Source: Antedon mediterranea (lineage: Eukaryota; Animalia; Echinodermata). From it: 64,000 bases of DNA. The position numbers and the translations under genes are program-made. The stretch spans positions 17,295,648 through 17,359,647 of the forward strand of contig NC_092673.1 in NCBI RefSeq assembly GCF_964355755.1, given 5' to 3'. Position 1 is the first letter of the stretch. Each line of letters begins with the position of its first letter. This document shows, in pieces, positions 26,201 through 38,200 of the stretch. Below the pieces are notes generated by a model. That model made no database searches and was not told where the DNA came from. It worked only from the letters and a program-made list of their open reading frames with translations.

Positions 26201-29200
26201 AACAATATGCACAGTCAGATTGAAAGTACAGGGCTAGCTTCCCACTGATGCTAGTAGACCATTGTTCTTGGGCAGTGATGAGTTTGAATTAAAACAATAA
26301 AGGCACAAGCAGGGCCTAGCTGAACTTCAGGAAACAACAAGAAAAACAACTGCGATTTACTCCAAGATACGATTATTTCCACATAAGAAATTTGTGAATA
26401 TATGGTGCTCAATTTGCTATTCCAGCATCCAGTAAAACTTATTTGATGAAAAAAACCATCTGCAAACAGATACGAAGTTGTTATGCACAGAGCAATATAG
26501 AGCCGCCACATGGGCGCTGCAACACTCCTCCTCTTATTTAAGTTTCTTAATGAACAAAAAAATCTATATTTTTTTATATATTCAGTTATTAAATAACAAT
26601 TATTGACAATGGTCTAATTAATTGTAAATATGAAATAAAATGCGACAACTACTAAAGAACTAAAAATGTTTATGTTAAAAAATTAATAGAATCTGATTTT
26701 AATAAAAAATGATTATTAATTAATAATGTGCTCCTTCCCTTATCTTACAAAAAAAATGCTTCTGTCAGTCTATCCAGCTAATTATGAACATGGCCTTAAA
26801 GAAATCCTTTTCCAACCTAGGATCTTTTTGTGCAAACATTTTGCCACAAAATGAAGAGAAATGTAAACAATGGTTTGTTAGTTTTCAAAATCTAAATTGT
26901 TTAAGTAATGCAATTTAAAAAAGAAAGGTAATATGAAATTATTCTTTTCAAACTGAATGCTTTTAAGAAAAGTTCCGTCTCTTATCTTATGACTTTTTTG
27001 GAAAAATGATTAAAATTAAAATATAATATACTAGTAAGTGCTCACAGATGCTTCTCGAATTCATGAACTTTGGTAAATAACGGAAAATTGCACTGTACAC
27101 AAAGCAATACAGATATGATGGAATTTATGTAGTCAAATATAATTGTCATCCTGAGAATTACCTTAATTTTGTTTATTGCATGGTATTGTTCACCAAATTC
27201 CTGTCTTGGTACATTTGATGATGGGATGGTATCAGACTTCATGATATGATATGATCTTCATCGAGGCAAATGATAAATTTGTTTTGATCGTCAATATAGT
27301 ACACTGGTTTTCATTTGGTGTTAAAAATTAGTACCGAAAGTATGTACCAACTTTCTCTACCATTGGGTTAAAATTCTAGAAGTTGAACTTAATTTACAGA
27401 AATTTCCCATTACGTAAATTTATATATAAATTCATTAAACTGCTTTGTGGCCTCATATTTTTAATATCTGAACATTTGTTTGTACAATTTTATGAAATAT
27501 TTATTTTATAACGTTCAAATTTTGTGATTGATATTGTACAGTAAGTAGATTTTAATGATTATTTACATTAAGTAATAGGCTAACAATCACTACCTGTAGA
27601 TCTGATCCATGGTAATTATATTTCGTTTTCATTTATTAATAATGATAATTAGGATTTTATCACATTATTTAGCAGTAATTGTTGTTGTTTATATTAACAA
27701 AAAACCCAATTTCACATAATGTCTGTTTTCAGTATTTATAAACATCATGATTATGATTCCTTTCCAGAATGATGACACTCTATTACATTCATATCTGAGT
27801 AGTGTATATCCACCTACCTTAGAAATAGTGACGTGTCTCATTCAGCATGGGACACAAGTAGCGTTGCAAAATAAGGTAAATGTACAGGGATTTGCTAGTG
27901 TAATAGGCTAACATTATATAGATATGCTGAAGTAAACCATTCAATGAGAGAAAAAAGTAACCACATTAACAAAAATCAAATTTGATTAAAACAAACCAAA
28001 TAAAAAAATAACTAAATAGTTATATATGATTTATGATAACTGATTTAAAGTGTACAAATCTTTAAGTTTCTTAATGAACAAAAAAATCTATTTTTGTTTA
28101 TATATTCAGTTATTAAATAACAATTATTGACAATGGTCTAATTAATTGTAAATATGAAATAAAATGGGACAACTACTAAACAACTAAAAATGTTTAGGTT
28201 AAAAAAATTAATAGAATCTGATTTTAATAAAAAAATAATTATTAATTAAAAACCTGCTCCCTCCCTTACCTTACAAAAAATGCTTCTGTCAGTCTATCCA
28301 GCTAATTATAAACATGGCATTAAACTACATCTGGAGATCCGTTTCCAACCTAGGATCTTTTTGTGCAAACATTTTGCCACAAAATGAAGAGAAATGTAAA
28401 CAATGTTTTGTTAGTTTTCAAAATCTAAATTGTGTGAGTAATGCAATTTAAAAAAGAAAGGTAATATGAAATTATTCTTTTCGAACTGAATGCTTTTAAG
28501 AAAAGTTCCGTCTCTTATCTTATGACTTTTTTTGAAAAATGAATTCTCGTTAAAATATAATATACTAGTAAGTGCTCACAGATGCTTTTTGAATACATAA
28601 ACTTTGGTAAATAACTGAAAATTATACTGTACACAAGGCAAATAAATACAGATATGATGGAGATCTGATCCATGGTAATATATTATATTTTGTTTTCATT
28701 TATCAATAATGATAATTAGGATTTTATCACATTATTTAGCAGTAATTGTTGTTGTTTGTATTAACAAAAAAACCCAATTTCACATATGTCTGTTGTCAGT
28801 TTATAAACTTCATGATTATGATTCCTTTTCAGGATGGTGACACCAGATCTGATCTATGTTAAGATATTCTATTTTGTTCTCATTTATCAATAGTTAACAA
28901 TTAGGATTATTTACCACATTATTTAGCAGCAAAAAACAATTTCACATAATGTTTGTTGTCATTATTTATAAACTCCATTATGATTCCTTTCCAGTATGGT
29001 GACACTCCATTACATCCATATCTGAGGAGTGGATATACTGCACCTACCTTAGAAATAGTGACGTGTCTCATTCAGCATGGGGCACCAGTAGCATTGAAAA
29101 ATAAGGTAAAGGGATTTGCTAGTGTAATAAGCTAACATTATATAGATCTGCTGAAGTAAACCATTTAATGAGAGAAAAAAGTAAGCACATTAACAAAAAT

Positions 29201-32200
29201 CAAATTTGATTAAAACAAACCAAATAAAAAAATAACTAAATAGTTATATATGATTTATGATAACTGATTTAAAGTCTACAGTTACCTATCATATAACATA
29301 AATCTTTAATTTTCTTAATGAACAAAAATATCTGTTTTTTTTATATATTCAGTTATTAATTAACAATTATTGACAATGGTCTAATTAATTGTAAATATGA
29401 AATAAAATGCGACAACTACTAAACAACTAAAAAATGTTTATGTTAAAAAAATTAATAAAATCTGATTTTAATAAAAAATGATTATTAATTAAAAACCTGC
29501 TCCCTCCCTTACCTTACAAAAAATCAGTCTATCCAGCTAATTATGAACATGGCCTTAAAGAAATCCTTTTCCAGCCTAGGATCTTTTTGTGCAAACATTT
29601 GCCACAAAATGAAGAGAAATGTACACAATGTTTTGTTAGTTTTCAAAATCTAAATTGTTTGAGTAATGCAATTTAAAAAAGAAAGGTAATATGAAATTAT
29701 TCTTTTCAAACTGAATGCTTTTAAGAAAAGTTCCGTCTTTTATCTTATGACTTGTTTGAAAAAATTAATTCTTGTTAAAATATAATATACTAGTAAGTGC
29801 TCACAGATGTTTCTCGAATGCAGGCCCGTATCCAGGGGGGTGCGTTGGGTGCAGACGCACCCCCCCCCCCCAAGTCCCAAAAGGTCCACTATTTCCTCGG
29901 TTGGTATTTTTTCTTGTCTTGTTTAACTAAAGACAATATCATTATATATATACAAAATTTACATTATCAATTTTATACAAACAAAAATATGTTAATATAA
30001 AATGAAAAAATACGGTAATTAAATTACGGAATCTGAAATGACTACAAACTTGATGTAAAACATGCGCAGTCGATCATGTGACGACAAGCAATAGCTTAGC
30101 GCTTCATGTACGCGGCGGTACGCGGTAAAGTGTTTGCTGGAAATAAATACAGACAACCGGCGGTAAAGATAGGTAGCTGCTGCCAAGCTCATATCTTATA
30201 ACACTACGCGCCCAGTAAATCATCCATGGACGCCATTCGGGCGGACAGGTTATTTAAATTGTGATTTAAATGTAAATGGTTTAAATTTTGCGGTCCGCCT
30301 CGAAGTATCTGTGGTTAACCATCTTGATGAATGATTCATGGAAAAGGGAAGAAATTATGTACACAAAGTAAAATAAAAGTTTCTTTGGGATCTGGACACT
30401 TTCCGATTAATTCTGTGTGTTTACATTGATATGTTTGGTTAGACAACTTCGTTCTTTAACCGAAACATCGTGGATATTGCCTTGACAACGAATTTATTCC
30501 GGTTCAAATTTGTCCGCCGGAATGGCGTCCATGGATTACAAAGGTCTCACCCAGTTACCTATCTTGTGCCGCGTAGCGGCGCTATAGTATCTTTGGTGTC
30601 TGGAAATACAGACACTATCGAATACGGCGCCTAAACATGGGAAGGAAGGCCAACTCAGACAGCGGCGTACGACGCTGTCTGAGTTGTCCTTTAAACATCA
30701 TGAAAGCGTTAAGTTCTGGTGTCCATCGTTCAGCTAGCCCAAGCCACAACAAAGAGTCTTAAATCAGTCTTTAGAACGTCAAATAACGCAAATTTTACCG
30801 GGGCCTTCGGCCCCTGGACCCTGCCCGGCGGCCCCCTGGCCCCCAGCCATTGTTACTCGCTTCGCTTGCACCGCCCCCCCCCCCACCATTATAAATGCTG
30901 CATACGGGCCTGGAATACATGAACTTTGGTAAATAACTGAAAATTGCATTGTACACAAGGCAAACATATACAGATATGATGGAATTTATGTATTCAAATA
31001 TAATTGTCATCCTGAGAATTACCTTAATTTTGTTTATTGCGTGGTATTGTTCACCAAATTCCTGTCTTGGTATATTTGATGATGGGATTGTATTAGGCTT
31101 CATGATATGATTTTCATTGAGGCAATATGGTTTAAACTAAATTTGTTATCGTTAATATCTAAATTAGCTTAATTATGACATTGGTTTCATTGGGTGTTAA
31201 AAATCAGTACTGAAAGTATGTACCAACTTTCTCTACCATTGAGTATAAATTCTAGAAGTTGCACTTAATTTACTGATATTTCCCATTACCTAAATTTATA
31301 TGTAAATTCATTTAACTGCTTATTGGCCTCATATTGTTAACATCTAAACATTTGTTTGTACAATTTTATAAAATATGTATTAAATTATTAATGTTCAAAT
31401 TTTGTGATTGATATTGTACAGTAAGTAGATTTTAATGATTACTTACATTAAGTAATAGGCTAACAATCACTAGATCTGATCCATGGTAATATATTATATT
31501 TTGTTTTCATTTATCAATAATGATAATTAGGATTTTATCACATTATTTAGCAGTAATTGTTGTTGTTTATATTAACAAAAAACCCAATTTTACATAATGT
31601 CTGTTGTCAGTATTTATAAACTTCATTATGATTCCTTTCCAGGATGGTGAGACTCCATTACATTCATATCTGAGGAATGTATATAGAATACATAGCTTAG
31701 AAATAGTGACTTGTCTCATTCAGCATGGGACACCAGTAGCATTGCAAAATAAGGTAATGTACAGGAATTTGCTAGTGTAATAATAAGCTAACATTATATA
31801 GATATGCTGAAGTAAACCATTCTATGAGAGAAAAAAGTAAGCACATTAACAAAAATCAAATTTGATTAAAACAAACCAAATAAAAAAATAACTAAATAGT
31901 TATATATGATTTATGATAACTGATTTAAAGTGTACAGTTACCTATCATATAACATAAATCTTTAATTTTCTTAATGAACAATCAATTTTTTTAGTATATT
32001 CAGTTATTAATTAACAATTATTGACAACGGTCTAATTAATTGTAAATATGAAATAAAATGCGACAACTACTAAACAACTAAAAATATTTATGTTAAAAAA
32101 ATTAATAGAATCTGATTTTAATAAAAAAAACGATTATTAATTAATAATGTGCTCCTTCCCTTATCTTACAAAAAAAATGCTTCTGTCAGTCTATCCAGCT

Positions 32201-35200
32201 AATTATGAAAATGGCCTTAAAGAAATCCTTTTCCAACCTAGGATCTTTTTGTGCAAACATTTTGCCACAAAAGGAAGAGAAATGTAAACAATGTTTTGTT
32301 AGTTTTCAAAATCTAAATTGTTTGAGTAATGCAATTTAAAAAAGAAAGGTAATATGAAATTATTCTTTTCAAACTGAATGCTTTTAAGAAAAGTTCCGTC
32401 TCTTATCTTATGGCGTTGCCATTTACCTACACCAGAGATTTAAATATATTCTTCGCCCTGATTTATCATTTATCATTACTAATGGTTCGGAATCTCTTTT
32501 CATTGAAATCGATGCACAACCCAAAAACATAATCCTTGGAGTAGTATATCGTTTGCCTGAATTATCCATTAACACATTTAATAAAGATATCTCTAATTTA
32601 ATTGACACCATTAATAATGAGAAAAAAACAGCATATATTTCAGGAGACTTTAATATTAACTTGTTAAATTCCAAAAAACATAAAGGTACTTCTGATTTTG
32701 TTAATACTTTATTTCAATCAAATTATTATCCTCTTATTACTAGGCCAACTAGAATTACGCGTAATTCTGCAACTTTAATCGACAATATTTTTTGTAATAA
32801 TCTATATGATAACATTTCTTCCGGAATTCTATATTCGGACATCTCGGATCACTTTCCTGTTTTCTTGTTAGTACATAAATCAGAACCTCTCCAACACCTG
32901 AAACCTAAATCAAAATATATATACATAAAAAAAGTCAATGATATTTCAATTTCTGCCTTAAGTAATGATTTGTCAAATGTTGACTGGACTAGTATTTATA
33001 ACTCCAATGAACCCAATGAGGCATACGCTTTATTCAACGACATATTTAGTACATTATATAATAACAACATTAAAACCACTCGTTCCAGACGCAATATTCG
33101 GAAAGAAAAAAAACCTTGGATAACTAAATGCTTAATTAAATCTATCGACAAAAAACACAAATTATATAAAACATTTCTTATATCTAAAAAGCAAAAGGAC
33201 AAAGATAAATATGTTAAATATCGAAATGTACTTACCAGAATCCTTCGTACTGCCCAAAAGAATTACTTCAGTGACAAATTTGAATTCCATAAAAATAACA
33301 TCCAAAAAACCTGGCAAACAATAAATGGAGTCCTTGGCAAGAAATCTCGTAAACCGTTTCCTTCTCACTTTATTAACAATGACATTGAATTAAATAATCC
33401 TCAACAAATTGCAACTGAATTCAATAATTATTTTACTAGTATAGGGCCAAATTTAGTTAATAAAATACATGTGTCGGATAATGATAATTATACTTCTACC
33501 CTACCTCGTCCATGTGTGCACTCTCTCTTTCTTAGTCCTGTAACCGAACATGAAGTTGTCAGTATAATACTTTCCCTCAAAGATAATAAATCTCCTGGGT
33601 TTGATGGGTTTTCCAATAAAATTATTAAACGTGTTTCTAATTTTATATGCAAACCCTTAACTCACATTTTTAATACTTCTTTTCAAACCGGTATTTTTCC
33701 TGATTCTTTTAAAATAGCTAAAGTCATCCCTATCTACAAGAAAGAAGATCCTCATCATTTCAATAACTACAGACCAATCTCCCTACTTCCTTGTTTCTCA
33801 AAATTAATTGAAAAAATAATGCATAATCGAATTTCTTCCTTTTTAACTAAACATAACATTTTATTTAAAGGCCAATATGGTTTCAGGAAAAAGTATTCAA
33901 CAGATCTTGCTTTATTAGATATTTTTGACAAAATTACAATTGCCCTGAGTAAAAATGAGTTTTCTGTTGGCATTTTCCTTGATTTATCTAAGGCCTTCGA
34001 TACTATTAACCACGATATTTTAATTCATAAACTTTCAAATTACGGTATCAGAGGCCTTCCTTTAAAACTAATTAAAAGCTACCTTTCCAATCGTGTTCAG
34101 TTTACTTCCTTAAATAATTTTAACTCTTCCTATTCCCGTTTAACCTGTGGTGTTCCCCAAGGATCGATTCTTGGACCACTCTTATTCCTGATTTTTGTTA
34201 ACGATATACCAAACAGCTCTAAATTACTAAATTTTATCTTATTTGCTGACGACACAAATATTTTTTTCTCTCATCCTAAATTAAATACCTTGTTTAAAAT
34301 TGTCAATGATGAGTTACTTAAAGTTTCAAATTGGCTCAAACACAATAAATTAACTCTTAATACATTCAAAACGAACTATATAATATTTTCTAAACGTAAA
34401 ATTTCAAATTCTTTAAATGAACAAATATACATTGATAATAAAATGATCAAACGAGTTAATGAAACCCAATTTTTAGGAGTAACCATAGATGCCTCTCTGA
34501 CTTGGAAACTACATATAAATAAAATCAGTAATCTAGTTTCTAGAAATGTTGGAATATTGAACAAATTAAAACATATCTTCCCTCAAAAAACCTTATTAAC
34601 CCTTTATAATACTTTAGTTTTGCCTTACCTTTCTTATGCCAATTTATGTTGGGCAATTACTCTAGATAAATTTAATACGTTATGCCCCTGGACAAGTCTA
34701 GAGAAAACTCAAATTGACCGCCTTTTTAAACTACAAAAACGTGCACTTCGGATTTGCGCGGGAGAATCATTTAGAGCCCATACAAAATTACTTTTTAAAA
34801 GATTTAACGTTTTAAACATTTATGATTTAAATAAATTACAAGTTGCCTCATTTATGTACCGTTTATCTAACAATTTACTGCCTTCACATTTTAATGCTTT
34901 ATTTACAAGAATTGACGAACGCCATTCCTATAAAACCCGATCCTCTGTTAACAATTATATCCTTGATAATTTAAATGTTAAGGCTCGACGATTTTCTATG
35001 TATTATTTTGGTCCCAAACTTTGGACTTCACTCTCAAATGAACTTAAACAGAAATCTTCCTTTTCTAGTTTTAAATCTAATTTCAAACACAAAATGGTGT
35101 CAGAATATGCTACATAAATTTTCGCCGATCTTTTATCCTTATTTATTTGGTGGTGATACATGGCATTAAATCCTTCACCCTGGTATTCAATAATCTCCGC

Positions 35201-38200
35201 TACATTGTATCGTTATACTTGTTATTATACCATATTTAATTATATTTCATATTGTACTCTAATTGTTATCATTATCCCTTTTATCATATATTATATAATT
35301 GCCTGGTTTATCTTAACTTCTATAATTTAAATTTTTTTTATTTCTTTATTTTATGTACTTTCACTATTATATATTTATATTTTAGTCTACTCTGTAGCAA
35401 TGTTAGTATACTTAGGCATACGGGAGTCACGACTTAAAGTTCAGTGAACTTACTGTGACTTCCATCCACCCACATTTAATATATGTTATGTTATGTAAAT
35501 GTAAATGATATATATATATATATATATATAAGTGAGTGGAAAAAATAAATAAACGAAACGAAACGAAACTTTTTTGGAAAAATGATTTCTCGCTAAAATA
35601 TAATATACTAGTAAGTGCTCACAGATGCTTCTTGAATACAAGAACTTTGGTAAATAACTGAAAATTGCACTGTACACAAAGCAATACAGATATGATGGAA
35701 TTTATGTAGTCAAATATAATTGTCATCCTGAGAATTACCTTAATTTTGTTTATTGCATGGTATTGTTCACCAAATTCCTGTCTTGGTACATTTGATGATG
35801 GGATGGTATCAGGCTTCATGATATGATATGATTTTCATTAAGGCAAATGGTTTAAACTAAATTTGTTATCGTTAATATCTAAATTAGCTTAATTATGATA
35901 TTGGTTTCATTGGGTGTTAAAAATCAGTACTGAAAGTATGTACCAACTTTCTCTACCATTGAGTATAAATTCTAGAAGTTGCACTTAATTTACTGAAATT
36001 TCCCATTACCTAAATTTATATGTAAATTCATTATACTGCTTATTGGCCTCATATTGTTAACATCTAAACATTTGTTTGTACAATTTTATGAAATATGTAT
36101 TTTATTAATGTTTACATTTTGTGATTGATATTGTACAGTAAGTAGATTTTAATGATTACTTACATTAAGTAATAGGTTAACAATTACTAGATCTGATCCA
36201 TGGTAATATATTATATTTGTTCTCATTTATCAATAGTTAACAATTAGGATTATTTACCACATTATTTACAGCAGCAAAAAACAAACAATTCACATAATGT
36301 CTGTTGTCAGTATTTATAAACTTCATTATGATTCCTTTTCAGTCTGGTGACACTCCATTACATTCATATCTGAGGAGTGGATACGCTACCTTATCAATAG
36401 TGACGTGTCTCATTCAGCATGGGTCACAAGTAGCATTGCAAAAAAAGGTAAATGTACAGGGATTTGCTAGTGTAATAGGCTAACATTCTTTAGATCTGCT
36501 GAAGTAAACAATTCAATGAGAGAAAAAAGTAAGCACATTAACAAAAATCAAATTTGATGTAAACAAACCAAATAAAAAAATAACTAAATAGTTTATATGA
36601 TTTATGATAACAAACAAATTTAAAGTATACAGTTACCTATCACATAACATACATCTTTACTTTTTATATGTTCAGGTGAATCAGTATAATTTTGTTTACA
36701 TATTTTTGACCGTAAAACAAATATAAATTGCTCCTATGTAGCTGTAAAGATAGCAACGATTGACAATGGTCTAATTAATTGTAAATATGAAATAAAATGG
36801 AACAACTACATTGACTAATAATAAAACAACAAATAAAAAAATGTATGTTAAAAAAATTAATAGAATCTAATTTTAATAAAAATAATTATTAATGAATAAC
36901 CTGCTCCCTCCCTTAATTTACCTTACAAAAAAATGCTTCTGTACATCTACCCAGCTAATTATGAATATGGCCTTAATTAAAGAGATCCTTTTCCAACCTA
37001 GGATCTTTTTTTTCAATTATTCTTTTCAAACAGTCCCGTATCTTTTGTGGAAAAATGATTCTATAAAGTTGCTAGTTAAAATTGAATATACTAGTATTAA
37101 GTGCCCACAAATGGTTCTCGAATATATAAACTTTGAGAAATAACTAAAAATTGTCCAAGTCACACTGTACACAAAGCAAATGAATACAGATATGTTGGAA
37201 TTTATGTAGTCAAATATAATTGTCATCCTGAGAATTACCTTAATTTTGTTTATTACATGGTATTGTTCACCAAATTCCTGTCTTGGTACATTTGATGATG
37301 GGATGGTATCAGGCTTCATGATATGATATGGTTCTCAAAACTACTAATAACTAAACCTATTTTTTTAATAGGATGGAAATACACCTGTCTCTCTTTTAGA
37401 AAGTAACAGGCTGATAAGTGACCAAAGAAAAACTGAAATTTTAAACTTCTTAGAAGGTAAGTGAAGTTTTAATTATTCAAATTCTAGGATCAACTAGTTT
37501 CATTGCAAACGATAAAAATTTTACTTCTCGTCCCAAGTGAAGAAGAATGTCCAGATAAAAAAAATTAACATTTATGATATATCATTCACAGGTTTATTAT
37601 AGATTATATAATTCAGTGGGATAGTAGTATACATGGAAGTTGTGATATGTTGCAAGATGTAAAAACCTAATTTTTTATGATTTGAAAATTGCAAATAAAT
37701 TCGAAAAAATATTTTGCCATTAATACGATAAAAATAACACAAAAACGCAAACTTTAAAATTCCTTAGAAATAAAAATATTAAATAAATCATTTTTCAAAT
37801 CAAATCAATCTCTTTATTCAATACATCAAAACAGTACACATAACAAAAATAAAGAGATTTTAATGATGATGATGATTTTAAGATGAAAGGGACCTTCAAT
37901 AAACCCCAAGGGGCTTTTGATAGGAGGCTTTACTTTAAACTAGTTACAATAACCTGACGGGGGACATGCATTGTTAATGAATATTTGAACTTTATTAATT
38001 GCACATAAATGTAAATGTAGATTTTTTTTTCTTTTTAATGTAATCTATTTTATATATAATGCTATGTACAATTGGTATTCGCATTCAAGGCAAACAATTT
38101 ACGATAGGAGGAGATAAATATTGAATATAAAAATCTAATTTTCTTGTTAAATCCCTGTTTTTGCTTCCACAATGGATGAATTTCCTTCACACATTTTAAA

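Larger units (their letters stand above)
18677..37330 (+). repeat. Tandem array of about 1.5-kb exon+intron units, each carrying one ankyrin exon
   Basis: The same intronic sequence recurs around 19.7, 21.2, 22.8/26.5, 27.9, 29.1, 31.8 and 36.5 kb; interrupted by two LINEs and one TIR element. Confidence 0.93.

Noticed and set aside
19188-36447. Diversity-generating retroelement (RT next to variable repeats)
   Set aside because: The RTs are ordinary APE-LINE insertions that post-date the array; there is no template repeat, and the variation includes indels and non-adenine changes.
20353-37319. Recurrent minus-strand ORFs 'MKPxTIPSS..RQEFGEQ'
   Set aside because: They lie in the duplicated intron; copies diverge by frameshifts, so no coding constraint is evident.
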